A DNA stretch of 64,000 nucleotides from Chlorobium sp. GTDB lineage: Bacteria; Bacteroidota; Chlorobiia; Chlorobiales; Chlorobiaceae. A model generated the notes under the pieces. It saw nothing but the letters and a program-made list of their open reading frames with translations. It had not been told where the DNA came from and did not search any database. Shown piece by piece: positions 17,253-26,844 of this stretch; within the stretch, counting starts at the first letter, position 1; each line of letters starts with the position of its first letter. The DNA lies in contig SZXW01000002.1 in assembly GCA_005862285.1 (NCBI GenBank), positions 188,849 through 252,848 of the forward strand, in the 5' to 3' direction. The position numbers were made by a program, and so were the translations under genes.

Positions 17253-18500
17253 ATGCGTATTTTAACGTTTACAGGTAAGGGTGGAGTAGGAAAAACAAGC
17301 GTTTCTGCAGCTACAGCTGTCAGATTGTCTCAGATGGGATATCGTACGCTTGTTTTATCAACAGACCCTGCTCACAGTCTCTCGGATTCTTTTAACCTTC
17401 CTCTCGGTGCAGAACCCACCAAAATCAGGGAAAATCTTCAGGCTATCGAGGTCAATCCTTATGTGGACCTCAAACAGAACTGGCAGTCGGTACAGAAATA
17501 TTACACCAGGATTTTCATGGCCCAGGGAGTATCTGGAATCATGGCAGATGAAATGACTATACTGCCCGGCATGGAAGAGCTTTTTTCACTCCTGAGAATC
17601 AAACGTTACAAGGCATCCGGCTTGTATGATGTTCTTGTTCTCGATACGGCGCCGACCGGCGAAACCCTGAGATTGCTTTCGCTTCCTGATACGCTTTCCT
17701 GGGGCATGAAAGCCGTGAAGAACGTTAATAAATATATTGTCAGACCTCTCAGCAAGCCTCTTTCGAAGATGTCCGACAAAATAGCTAATTTTATCCCACC
17801 TGCGGACGCTATTGATTCTGTCGATCAGGTTTTCGACGAACTTGAAGATATCCGTGAAATTCTCACGGACAATGCCAAATCCACAGTTCGTCTGGTTATG
17901 AACGCCGAGAAGATGTCGATAAAGGAAACCATGCGAGCACTGACGTATCTTAACCTGTACGGGTTCAAAGTTGATATGGTGCTTGTCAACCGTCTGCTTG
18001 ATACAAAGGAAAACAGCGGATATCTGGAACACTGGAAAAGCATCCAGCAGAAATATCTTGGAGAGATAGAAGAGGGATTTTCGCCCCTGCCAGTTAAAAA
18101 GCTCAGGATGTACGAACAGGAAATTGTCGGACTCAAATCACTCGATCAGTTCGCTCACGACATGTACGGTGAAAGCGATCCGTCGGATATGATGTATGAC
18201 GAACCGCCGATCAGGTTTGTACGCAATGGAGATGTCTATGAGGTGCAGATGAAGCTCATGTTTGCCAACCCTGTCGATATCGATGTCTGGGTTACCGGGG
18301 ATGAACTGTTCGTGCAGATAGGAAATCAGCGCAAGATCATTACATTGCCGATAAGCCTGACCGGCCTTGAACCGGGCGATGCCGTTTTCAAGGATAAATG
18401 GCTGCACATTCCGTTCGATCTCGACAAGACCGAGCAAAGCCGCCTGCAGAAGGTGCAGAAGGAGTCACACGAATCAAGGGAACAGAAAGTCTATCAATAG
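17253..18500 (+). CDS. Get3/ArsA-family P-loop ATPase with a C-terminal alpha-crystallin (HSP20)-like domain (paralog 1)
   Basis: 415-aa ORF with the deviant Walker [19 protein letters not shown] and DTAPTGETLRLL. The C-terminal DVYEVQMKL...DIDVWVTGDELFVQIGNQRKIITLPISL...FKDKWLHIPF reads as an ACD-like beta-sandwich. The protein contains no cysteine. Confidence 0.85.
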   Translation: MRILTFTGKGGVGKTSVSAATAVRLSQMGYRTLVLSTDPAHSLSDSFNLPLGAEPTKIRENLQAIEVNPYVDLKQNWQSVQKYYTRIFMAQGVSGIMADEMTILPGMEELFSLLRIKRYKASGLYDVLVLDTAPTGETLRLLSLPDTLSWGMKAVKNVNKYIVRPLSKPLSKMSDKIANFIPPADAIDSVDQVFDELEDIREILTDNAKSTVRLVMNAEKMSIKETMRALTYLNLYGFKVDMVLVNRLLDTKENSGYLEHWKSIQQKYLGEIEEGFSPLPVKKLRMYEQEIVGLKSLDQFAHDMYGESDPSDMMYDEPPIRFVRNGDVYEVQMKLMFANPVDIDVWVTGDELFVQIGNQRKIITLPISLTGLEPGDAVFKDKWLHIPFDLDKTEQSRLQKVQKESHESREQKVYQ

Positions 18501-18635
18501 ACTGTGTCATTACTCTGAAGAAGAGTACTTGATTTGATTGTTTTTTATGTTTAACTTTTTGTAATTAATATTCTTGGCTTTACAATCAACAACAGGGGCT
18601 TCGTTTATGCAAGCCTCATTTCCAGGGAGAATAAT

Positions 18636-19055
18636 ATGTCGGAATCGTACCAGAATCTGCGCAAGGATTTCAAGGAACTTGAGTTGACAGACCGCCTTAC
18701 GTTTCTTGCTGAAAGCGTTCTCTTGACCGGGCAAAGTGCTGTCGTCAGTGGTTTGAATCTTGCCGGCAGTGTTTTTGATACCGTAACCGGAACTGTAGGG
18801 GCTCTTGTCGATGCATCCGGAGTCGGAAGGATTTTTGGAAGCAGCACCGGTGTTGTCGGCGAGACCATCGATCGGGTAGCCATTACGGTCAAGGATGCCT
18901 CGAGAACAGCTAACGAACTCTATAACAATGCTGTCGAGACTGTGGAAAATGCCGCAGGCAACATGGCGACTGCTGTCGGTGATGCAGGACAGTCTGCATC
19001 AGAAGTAGTCAAGAATTTTGCCGGGTCTTTCCAGAAAAGTCCGGTGAAAAAATAA
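18636..19055 (+). CDS. csmC: Chlorosome envelope protein, CsmC/CsmD family
   Basis: 139-aa Ala/Gly/Val-rich ORF immediately upstream of csmA, matching the csmCA arrangement known from Chlorobaculum tepidum. The assignment rests on position and composition. Confidence 0.72.
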   Translation: MSESYQNLRKDFKELELTDRLTFLAESVLLTGQSAVVSGLNLAGSVFDTVTGTVGALVDASGVGRIFGSSTGVVGETIDRVAITVKDASRTANELYNNAVETVENAAGNMATAVGDAGQSASEVVKNFAGSFQKSPVKK

Positions 19056-19195
19056 GTGAGCGTTCCTTTTTTAAACAAACTGTTTTCAAAGGGCAATCTT
19101 TTTCTTGTGTTTTTTTATTTATTGCTGTAAATTAACGTAAGGTAACTATTCTGAATTATTAAAACTTTCCAATAATTAAATACCAAGGAGGAATT

Positions 19196-19438
19196 ATGAG
19201 TGGTGGTGGCGTTTTTACCGATATCCTGGCAGCAGCCGGCCGCATCTTTGAGGTAATGGTTGAAGGTCACTGGGAGACCGTCGGTATGCTGTTTGATTCT
19301 TTAGGCAAAGGCACCATGAGAATCAACCGCAATGCTTATGGCAGCATGGGCGGCGGCGGAAGCCTTCGTGGCGGATCACCAGAAGTAACAGGATATGCTG
19401 TTCCTTCTAAAGAGGTTGCTTCAAAATTTGCAAAATAA
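19196..19438 (+). CDS. csmA: Chlorosome baseplate protein CsmA (BChl a-binding), precursor form
   Basis: The 80-aa [53 protein letters not shown]... is near-identical to remembered CsmA sequences and includes His25. A strong SD (aaggagg) lies 5 nt upstream of the ATG. Confidence 0.95.
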   Translation: MSGGGVFTDILAAAGRIFEVMVEGHWETVGMLFDSLGKGTMRINRNAYGSMGGGGSLRGGSPEVTGYAVPSKEVASKFAK

Positions 19439-19463
19439 GCATCTCAGGATTCCATTTATTCAA

Positions 19464-19502
19464 GGCAGTGAAAAGCTTGTGTTTCACTGCCTTTTTTTTT
19501 CC
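19464..19502 (+). terminator. Rho-independent terminator after csmA
   Basis: The 10-bp perfect stem ggcagtgaaa / tttcactgcc is followed by a run of 11 T. Confidence 0.85.
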
Positions 19503-19708
19503 CGTATAGCCAGCCTTCAGTAACATCCTTCTTGTCCGGTTATCTTGAACACAGCACTCGGCGAATGTATTTCTCAGACTTTCTGATCGGTTACCGATCT
19601 GTAGAAAGAGTGCTTGCAGGCTGATAAGCAATTTCTGTTTCTTCTAAAATTTTAATAGATTTCATTTCAATTTGCCAGTAAGAAGTGTTAAGTGAAAAGC
19701 AATAGCTA

Positions 19709-21544
19709 ATGGCTAATTTATCTTTGTACATATCAGGACAGACTGAAGAGAATGATGTAGCTGAATTTTTCCAGAAAAACCTCATGAGCGCCGGTGAAAA
19801 TCCGATCGCTTTTTTTGACGGGGTTTTTTATGAGTCACATCAGGAACGTGTTGGCAATATTGCTTTTCAGGACTATCTGATCTATTCCGACAAGGCGGTT
19901 TATCTTTGGGCAAGAGGGACGACAAAGGATTATCTCGATCGCTTCGAACTTGGTTCGGTATCCGTTAACAGCCGTAATAAAGATTACGATTTTGCAACCG
20001 TAAATCTGAAGGTTCGCCGTGAAGGCAAGGAACCTGTCTATGTTATTTTTGATATGGTCGAGTTGCGGGAAGCTGATCTGATTGTCAGACTCCATACTGT
20101 TATTGAATCGGTCATTGAACAATATATGGGCCTGAATTATCGGGCAACCCTGCCTGACAATGTGGCCGATATCGTCCTTGAGGAAGCGAGGAGCGTCTGT
20201 ATTCCCCAGTCGATAACACTTCGCCTCGATGCTCCGAATTCTTCACAGCAGCAGGCCAGTATCGGTTATGGTCAGGACCTGCTCGAGCAATACAAGGCTT
20301 CCATCGGTTACGGAGGTAACGAAAGACAGCCGCAACCGCAACAACAGTCGTACCAGAGACCGCAACCTCAGCCTCAACAGCAGTCCGGTTATAATCCGGT
20401 TCCTGCGGCACCCGGCGGTGCACAGTATCCGGAGGGATTTTCTCCAACCGATGTTTTCAAAAAAATTGAAGGCATGCTTCCCGGGGCTGATCCAGGCGCT
20501 CTGAAAAAAGTTGCCGACTCGATCAAGGATATGCTTGGAGAAGTTCCCATGAAGCTCAGGGATCAGTTCGTGAGCGATATGCAGCATGTTCCGGGTATGC
20601 TTTCTGCCCTGAATGAACTTCTTACAAATATTTCCGACAATCCCCAGGCAGAGCGTTTTGTCATGAATATTGTCAAAACAGCCGTCAGGAATGACGGGAT
20701 GATCGGTTCGGTAGGAAAGCTTATCAAGCTCTCTTCCAATTTTGGTTCATCAGGCAAGAAAAAACCAGCTCCTCGTTCTTCGCAGAGACCGGCCTCATCC
20801 GCTTCAGCAGCGTCTGTGCCTCAGAAAGAGAGAGATGACTCCTTCGATGATTTTGACAGTCCTGTAAGGAAAAAGAAAATACAAATAAAAAACGATGCGT
20901 CAGTTCCCGGCAGGGATTTTTTCAGCGACGATCTGATGGCGGATCTGCCTGACAGCGGTTCATTTGCACCGGAAAAGAGCAGACCTTTAGTTGAGGATAT
21001 TGACGATTCAGCAGTCCCGAAACGAAAGAAAATTTCGGTCAAGGCTCCTGAAGCGGATATGTCGCCTCTTATAAAAGACATGATGAGCATGGATGATCCA
21101 GATTCCGGGATGTCCGCTCCTGAACCTGCCGTGATGCCCATGGAAAACGGGCAGACGCAGGTTGCCACAAGAAAAATCAGAATTGTTCCTGAAGTTCCGC
21201 CGGCAGAACTCCCTGAAATCGAAATTTCAGAAGAGGAAATCCTGCAGGCAATGGTTTCCGATATTGATGTTCCGGAATTGCAGGCATTTGAATTTGAAGA
21301 TACGAAGGTTGATTTCCCTGAAGTGGAAGCTTCTGACATGGAAGAAACGGAACCAATGGTAACAGATACACAAAAAGCTGAAACACTAAAGACAGAAGTC
21401 AGACCTTCTGAAAGCGTTGCTGCGGAAAAACCGGAAGTGCAAATTCAAACTGCACCGGTTATGCAGACAAAAAAATCGGATTTTACCGGTAACAGTTCTC
21501 AAAGGAAGAAGTTCAACGCGCCGGGAAAACACGGAAGGCGGTGA
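19709..21544 (+). CDS. Hypothetical 611-aa protein: N-terminal globular domain, PQ-rich linker, helical middle and a long acidic disordered tail
   Basis: The long ORF has consistent coding character and lies between csmA and the second Get3/ArsA-like gene on the same strand. I recognise no family. Confidence 0.7.
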   Translation: MANLSLYISGQTEENDVAEFFQKNLMSAGENPIAFFDGVFYESHQERVGNIAFQDYLIYSDKAVYLWARGTTKDYLDRFELGSVSVNSRNKDYDFATVNLKVRREGKEPVYVIFDMVELREADLIVRLHTVIESVIEQYMGLNYRATLPDNVADIVLEEARSVCIPQSITLRLDAPNSSQQQASIGYGQDLLEQYKASIGYGGNERQPQPQQQSYQRPQPQPQQQSGYNPVPAAPGGAQYPEGFSPTDVFKKIEGMLPGADPGALKKVADSIKDMLGEVPMKLRDQFVSDMQHVPGMLSALNELLTNISDNPQAERFVMNIVKTAVRNDGMIGSVGKLIKLSSNFGSSGKKKPAPRSSQRPASSASAASVPQKERDDSFDDFDSPVRKKKIQIKNDASVPGRDFFSDDLMADLPDSGSFAPEKSRPLVEDIDDSAVPKRKKISVKAPEADMSPLIKDMMSMDDPDSGMSAPEPAVMPMENGQTQVATRKIRIVPEVPPAELPEIEISEEEILQAMVSDIDVPELQAFEFEDTKVDFPEVEASDMEETEPMVTDTQKAETLKTEVRPSESVAAEKPEVQIQTAPVMQTKKSDFTGNSSQRKKFNAPGKHGRR

Positions 21545-21625
21545 TGGCTGTATGCAGTTACCTGCAGACAAGTCAATCGGGCGTTCAGTCAAGATCAAAT
21601 CTACTCAATAGCTTTTATCAAAAAC

Positions 21626-22780
21626 ATGAGAATTATTCTTTACCTGGGTAAAGGGGGTGTCGGTAAAACCACCGTTTCAGCCTCGACCGCAACATCAATT
21701 GCACGGAGAGGCCAGAGGGTGCTGATCATGAGCACGGATGTGGCTCACAGTCTTGCCGATGCATTCAGCGTTGAGCTTTCATCTACCCCTCTCGAGGTGG
21801 AAAAAAACCTCTTCGCCATGGAGGTCAATGTCCTTGCTGAAATCAGGGAAAACTGGAATGAGCTGTATTCCTATTTCTCTTCGATTCTCATGCATGACGG
21901 CGCAAATGAAATTGTGGCCGAGGAGCTTGCCATCATGCCGGGTATGGAAGAGATGATCAGTCTACGCTATATCTGGAAGGCAGCGAAATCGGGTGATTAT
22001 GATGTTGTCATTGTCGATGCAGCACCGACCGGAGAAACCATGCGCCTGCTCGGCATGCCTGAATCGTATGGCTGGTATTCTGACAAGATTGGCGGCTGGC
22101 ATTCGAAAGCCATTGGTTTTGCCGCTCCGCTCCTGACCAAGTTCATGCCGAAAAAGAATATTTTCAAGCTCATGCCTGAAGTGAACGAGCATATGAAAGA
22201 GCTTCATGCCATGTTGCAGGACAAGAGCATAACCACATTCAGGGTTGTCCTGAACCCCGAGAACATGGTTATCAAGGAAGCTCTCAGGGTACAGACCTAT
22301 CTGAACCTCTTCGGTTACAAGCTCGATGCTGCTATAGTCAACAAGGTCCTGCCGCCGAATTCGACTGACAGTTACCTGCAGAGCCTTATCGATACCCAGG
22401 CAAAATACCTCAGGATCATCGAGAACTGCTTTTATCCGGTTCCTATTTTCCGCGCGCAGCTTTCTACCGAGGAAATTATCAATACTGACAAGCTGGACAA
22501 CCTCAGCAAGCAGATATTCGGTGATAGAAATCCCGCTGAGGTGCTTTTCATCAACGACAAAACACAGGTGCTTGCCAAAGTCGACGGTAAATATGTTTTA
22601 AGCCTTTATCTGCCGAATGTTGAGGTAAAGAAACTGAACGTCAATATAAAAGGCGACGAACTGCTGGTCGATATCAACAATTTCCGCAAGAGCATTATTC
22701 TACCCAATGTGCTTATTGGCCGTAAAACAGAGGGCGCGGATTTTTCAGAGGGTAATCTCAGTATCACATTCTCAAGCTGA
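21626..22780 (+). CDS. Get3/ArsA-family P-loop ATPase with a C-terminal alpha-crystallin (HSP20)-like domain (paralog 2, divergent)
   Basis: 384-aa ORF with [18 protein letters not shown] and [12 protein letters not shown]. The C-terminal [40 protein letters not shown]...GNLSITF is ACD-like. It has a single Cys. Confidence 0.85.
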   Translation: MRIILYLGKGGVGKTTVSASTATSIARRGQRVLIMSTDVAHSLADAFSVELSSTPLEVEKNLFAMEVNVLAEIRENWNELYSYFSSILMHDGANEIVAEELAIMPGMEEMISLRYIWKAAKSGDYDVVIVDAAPTGETMRLLGMPESYGWYSDKIGGWHSKAIGFAAPLLTKFMPKKNIFKLMPEVNEHMKELHAMLQDKSITTFRVVLNPENMVIKEALRVQTYLNLFGYKLDAAIVNKVLPPNSTDSYLQSLIDTQAKYLRIIENCFYPVPIFRAQLSTEEIINTDKLDNLSKQIFGDRNPAEVLFINDKTQVLAKVDGKYVLSLYLPNVEVKKLNVNIKGDELLVDINNFRKSIILPNVLIGRKTEGADFSEGNLSITFSS

Positions 22781-22810
22781 ACCGTTTTCCTCAGAAATTA
22801 AAAAAATAAA

Positions 22811-22848
22811 GAGGCTGTCCCGGTTGAAAAACTGAGACAGCCTTTTTG
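22811..22848 (+). terminator. Rho-independent terminator after Get3/ArsA-like paralog 2
   Basis: The 8-bp stem aggctgtc / gacagcct is followed by ttttt. Confidence 0.7.
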
Positions 22849-22855
22849 TGTTTAT

Positions 22856-22884
22856 TGGACCGATCGGACCGATCAGTCAGATCC
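22856..22884. repeat. GACCGAT-type short repeat (tandem ggaccgatc x2) overlapping the folK stop codon
   Basis: The sequence ttggaccgatcggaccgatcagtcagatc belongs to the same family as 11624-11657 and 23818-23851. Confidence 0.5.
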
Positions 22885-23392
22885 TTTTTATGGTGAGTTT
22901 TTTTTTCAGCTTTATCAATACAGAGCGGTCGCTGCAGTTATCCAGAAGCTGCACTGCGGTTTGCCCGAGAAAGGGATGGAGCGGATTGGCGATATCGAGC
23001 AGGGGAACAAGCACGAATTTCCGGTTGTGCATCTCATGGTGCGGAATGGAGAGCATTTCGCTCCTTATGCACCAGTCATCATAGAGGATGATATCGAGAT
23101 CGATAACTCGTGGACTCCAGCGTCTGTAAGCGCCGGGTCTTCCAAGTTCCCGTTCGATTGTTTTGCAGTACAATCTGAGTTCTTCCGGAGGAAGGGAGGT
23201 TTCTATCAGCACAACTCCATTGAAAAACCTCTCCTGACCTGTTTCACCAACCGGTTCGGTCATGTAAACCGCAGAAACTTCCAATACTGACGTATGTTCG
23301 TTAAGGCTGAGCCGATCAACTGCATCCTGAAGATTCTCCAGCCGGTTGCCGATGTTGGAGCCAAGCGCGATAAATGCCTTGTGTAATGTCAT
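22877..23392 (-). CDS. folK: 2-amino-4-hydroxy-6-hydroxymethyldihydropteridine pyrophosphokinase
   Basis: 171-aa ORF with AFIALGSNIGN, YMTEPVG, PRVIDLDIILY and IPHHEMHNRKFVLVPL. Confidence 0.9.
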   Translation of the reverse strand: MTLHKAFIALGSNIGNRLENLQDAVDRLSLNEHTSVLEVSAVYMTEPVGETGQERFFNGVVLIETSLPPEELRLYCKTIERELGRPGAYRRWSPRVIDLDIILYDDWCIRSEMLSIPHHEMHNRKFVLVPLLDIANPLHPFLGQTAVQLLDNCSDRSVLIKLKKKLTIKRI

Positions 23393-23396
23393 TTAT

Positions 23397-23774
23397 TCAG
23401 CCGCGGGATGCGCTGTATGAGGCTTCTGCAAAATCACAGATGCCGTCAACCGGTGGGTTTCGTTTTCTCACTTTTATGACGGCTTTTTCCAGAACTGCGA
23501 AATCACTGAGAAGTTCGTTTGCAATCTCGTATGCGGCAGTTTCGATGAGGAAATATTTTCGGAGAGTGAGGGCTTCACGTATTTTTCTGTAAACGGCACC
23601 GTAATCGACTGTTTTTATGATGTCATCATCTGTCGCCGCTTCGGAGAAATCGAAATACAGCTCAGCATCGACTTCATATTTTGCGCCAACGGCATGTTCT
23701 TCCTTCAGAACACCATGGTATGCGTAAAATACCATATTGACAAGCCTGACGCTTGAAGAAGAGCGAGACATCAT
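23397..23774 (-). CDS. folB: Dihydroneopterin aldolase
   Basis: 125-aa ORF with FYAYHGVLKEEHAVGAKYEVD and TVDYGAVY. It lies immediately upstream of folK. Confidence 0.85.
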   Translation of the reverse strand: MMSRSSSSVRLVNMVFYAYHGVLKEEHAVGAKYEVDAELYFDFSEAATDDDIIKTVDYGAVYRKIREALTLRKYFLIETAAYEIANELLSDFAVLEKAVIKVRKRNPPVDGICDFAEASYSASRG

Positions 23775-23817
23775 ATAGTTATCCAGATCAGAAGAGGGGT
23801 TAAAGATTTTTTTTTAC

Positions 23818-23851
23818 ATCGGACCGATTGGTCTGATCAGTTCAATCGGTC
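23818..23851. repeat. GACCGAT-type short repeat/hairpin overlapping the stop of the YopX-like gene
   Basis: In catcggaccgattggtctgatcagttcaatcggtc, the arms accgattg and caatcggt form an 8-bp stem. Confidence 0.5.
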
Positions 23852-24185
23852 AAATTTTCACGTTCTTGTCGAATTTGCTGCCGATTACTTCACAATCGGG
23901 AATGCAGTACCATAAAATGACATCTGAATTTCCGTCATGAAGGGCTTTGTAGCTGCCGTGTTCATAGACAACTTCGACTACAGTGTCGTTCCAGTTCAGC
24001 AGATCGCCTTCATAAATTTCCGTCTGGTGCCTGTCATGCAGACCGGTGAACTGAAGCCATTCGGATTTTTGACGGAACGAGAGGAAATCAACGTCTTTCG
24101 TATTTACCGTAGAAATTTTCCAGACATCCCTGTTCGTGGCAATCTCCTTAAACAGTGCCTTGAATTTGATATTGTTGATCTGCAT
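23850..24185 (-). CDS. YopX-like (phage-type) small protein, orphan
   Basis: 111-aa ORF. QFTGLHDRHQTEIYEGDLL...VVEVVY...CEVIGSKFDKN matches the remembered YopX pattern (YTGLKDKNGKEIYEGDIV ... IGNIHEN). No other phage genes are nearby. Confidence 0.5.
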   Translation of the reverse strand: MQINNIKFKALFKEIATNRDVWKISTVNTKDVDFLSFRQKSEWLQFTGLHDRHQTEIYEGDLLNWNDTVVEVVYEHGSYKALHDGNSDVILWYCIPDCEVIGSKFDKNVKI

Positions 24186-24495
24186 AGTTTCTGTATCTGA
24201 AAAAGCCCGTCTGCCGGGAATGGTTCTGATAGGATATAGTGAAATGAATCGATTCGACCAACCATCAATATAATAATTTATCTAAATCCATATACCTTTT
24301 GAAGTAAAATCACTTTTCCAAAAAATGTGCACTGAACCACGAGTGATCTTCATGCGCAATGTCTGCGAAAAAATAAAGGCCTTGACCGGATGTTTGAAAC
24401 ATGTTGTTCAATGATCGAAAAACGGTTTAATAATCGTAAAATTCACTACCTTGTAAGCGAAATTTGATTTAGACAAACATGTATCCAAACGAGGC

Positions 24496-25383
24496 ATGAT
24501 GAAGAACAGTACTCGAAACGATTTTTTTGAGGGCTGCCGTTCCAGGGCTATCATGCTCGCTCTCGAGGAGGATCGTTACACCGGCGATATAACTACCCTC
24601 GCAACTATCGATCCCCGTCAGGTCGGTCAAGCCTTCATCAGGGCAAAAGAAGGTGGTGTGGCAGGAGGTATCGATGTCGCTGTGCATGTTTTTGCAGCTT
24701 GTGATCCATCTCTCTCGTTTGTACTTCATCGAAAGGATGGTGACTTGGTGCAGACCGGTGATGAAATTCTTGAAATAAACGGAAACGTTGCTCCTCTTAT
24801 GGCCGGTGAGCGTACCGCCCTGAATTTCATGCAGCGGATGTCAGGTATTGCAACGAGAACAAGAGAATTTGTCGATCGGATCAGTCATACCAAAGCCAGG
24901 ATTCTCGATACCCGCAAGACGGTGCCGGGGCTTCGCTATTTTGACAAGGAAGCTGTACGTATCGGCGGCGGGGTTAATCATCGTTTCGGTCTTTTCGATA
25001 TGATTCTGATCAAGGATAATCATATCGATGCTTCTGGAGGTATTGCCCAGGCGATCCGGCGTGCACAGAAATATAGGGAAAAACAGAAACTTGACGTGAA
25101 GATAGAGACAGAGGTCCGGACTTTGGATGAACTGAGCAAAGCCCTTGTCTGTATGCCTGATGTCATTCTGCTCGATAACTTTACTGTCGATCTGATGAAA
25201 GAAGCCGTCGATTATGTGAAAACGGCATGCAGCAGCGTTGTGCTTGAAGCATCCGGAAATATCGGACTTCACAATGTCAGGGATGTTGCCGAGACCGGTG
25301 TGGATTTTATCTCGGTCGGCGAACTGACCCACAGTGTAAAAGCGCTTGATCTGTCGTTGACGATTGAACTTTCGAAAGAATAA
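24496..25383 (+). CDS. nadC: Nicotinate-nucleotide pyrophosphorylase (quinolinate phosphoribosyltransferase)
   Basis: 295-aa ORF with GERTALNFMQRMSGIAT, DTRKTVPGLR, GGGVNHRFGL and MILIKDNH. Confidence 0.9.
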   Translation: MMKNSTRNDFFEGCRSRAIMLALEEDRYTGDITTLATIDPRQVGQAFIRAKEGGVAGGIDVAVHVFAACDPSLSFVLHRKDGDLVQTGDEILEINGNVAPLMAGERTALNFMQRMSGIATRTREFVDRISHTKARILDTRKTVPGLRYFDKEAVRIGGGVNHRFGLFDMILIKDNHIDASGGIAQAIRRAQKYREKQKLDVKIETEVRTLDELSKALVCMPDVILLDNFTVDLMKEAVDYVKTACSSVVLEASGNIGLHNVRDVAETGVDFISVGELTHSVKALDLSLTIELSKE

Positions 25384-25421
25384 AGCGCCTTAAAATAATC
25401 GGGAGAGTTCGGTGCGGACAA

Positions 25422-25458
25422 TAAAAAAGGGGTTCAAAACGAACCCCTTTCAGCTTTT
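25422..25458. terminator. Bidirectional terminator between the convergent genes nadC and tig
   Basis: The 9-bp stem aaggggttc / gaacccctt is flanked by an A-run upstream and T-rich sequence downstream. Confidence 0.7.
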
Positions 25459-25470
25459 CAGTTCAGCCCT

Positions 25471-26754
25471 TCAACCCTGATGTTCCGGAATTGACTTTTC
25501 TTCTTCAGAGATCGTCACTTTCGATTTGATGATATCATAGATCTTCTCTTTGAAGATGGTATCGGTGATATAATCCCTGAATTCAGCCGACATATAGGTA
25601 TTCAGAAGTTCTTCAGCGTTCATGGCTGTGTTTTTTTCCGCTTCTTTTTCTGCATAGGCGCGGATGTCATCTTCTGAAACGGAAAGGTTTTCCAGCTCGG
25701 CAATTTTCTGTGTTATAAGCAGCCACTGTGCATGTTTTTCCGCATTTGGCCTCATCGTGACGCCGAATGCTTTTTCATCGAAGCCTGCCGGGAATTTCCC
25801 TCCAAACTGGCGTTTTGCATTTTCCACCAGCATTTTCGAGAAAGACTCCACCAGTGCGTTCGGTGTCGGGACCGGGTTTTCCTCGATCAATTTTGCAGAG
25901 ATGGCTTCAAGCAGCTCTTCCTCAGATTTCATCTGGAAATGCTGGTCAAGCTGTATGCGGACATCGGCTGTAAAATCATCGATTGAATCAAAACGCTGTC
26001 CGGTGATTTCCTTTACCAGATCGTTTGTCAGTTCAGGCAGTTCGAGTCGTTTGATTTCGCTGACTGCTACACGGAAGCGTGCCGGTGCTGCATCCGGATT
26101 GTCCTGAGCAACTTCGATATCCACGGTATCTCCCGCTTTCTTTCCGGTGAGTTCTTTCCGGAACGGGTTTTCTTCAGGCAGATATTCGAGATTGAAGTGA
26201 TGATTTTCTGTTTTCTGATTTTCGTCCGGTTCTCCGGCTTCATCGAGTCTTGTGACATCACCGATGACAGTGTCGGTAGAAGATGCAGCTTCATCGACAC
26301 TGATCATCGTTCCGTGCCCTTTGAGAATCAGGTTCATTTCGCGCTGGATATCATCGTCAGTGATAATATAACGAGGCTGGGTGAAAGTATATCCGCTGTA
26401 ATCCTTCAGTTCGAATATCGGGTGGATTTCGTAAGAGAGCTGGATGGTCAGTTTGTCCGGCTCGAATGAAAAATTTTTAAGCTCTGCACGGCTTGCCGGT
26501 TTGATTTTTTCTTCATCGACAATGGCACCGAAATGTTTTGAAGCCATTTTTTCGGCGACCGACGCTTCAATGGCCGGTCCGGCCAGTTTTTTTATGAGGC
26601 TTTCCGGAGCGTGTCCTTTTCTGAATCCCTTGATCTGTACGTTGCGTTTCGCCTCTTCAAGTTCCTGGCTGTATTCTGGTCCGAACTCTTCGGTGGAAAG
26701 GATGATTTCCATTTCCTGTTCGGTTTCGCTGACATTCGTGATATTCTTTTGCAA
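25471..26754 (-). CDS. tig: Trigger factor
   Basis: 427-aa acidic ORF with the ribosome-binding signature GFRKGHAP. The domain order and size are typical of Tig. Confidence 0.9.
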   Translation of the reverse strand: MQKNITNVSETEQEMEIILSTEEFGPEYSQELEEAKRNVQIKGFRKGHAPESLIKKLAGPAIEASVAEKMASKHFGAIVDEEKIKPASRAELKNFSFEPDKLTIQLSYEIHPIFELKDYSGYTFTQPRYIITDDDIQREMNLILKGHGTMISVDEAASSTDTVIGDVTRLDEAGEPDENQKTENHHFNLEYLPEENPFRKELTGKKAGDTVDIEVAQDNPDAAPARFRVAVSEIKRLELPELTNDLVKEITGQRFDSIDDFTADVRIQLDQHFQMKSEEELLEAISAKLIEENPVPTPNALVESFSKMLVENAKRQFGGKFPAGFDEKAFGVTMRPNAEKHAQWLLITQKIAELENLSVSEDDIRAYAEKEAEKNTAMNAEELLNTYMSAEFRDYITDTIFKEKIYDIIKSKVTISEEEKSIPEHQG

Positions 26755-26844
26755 GGCTCTCTGTGGTTGATTGATAAATAAATGTTTAAAGCTAAAATTA
26801 AAAGTCTACAAGATACGAATTAATACTGGTTTTGTAAAATCGGG

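Noticed and set aside
17253-18500. Reading the three ArsA-family genes as arsenical pump ATPases (arsenic resistance).
   Set aside because: They are single-domain rather than tandem A1-A2. Two copies lack cysteines entirely and the third has one. No arsB, acr3, arsC, arsR or arsD is adjacent. They carry an ACD-like C-terminal domain instead.
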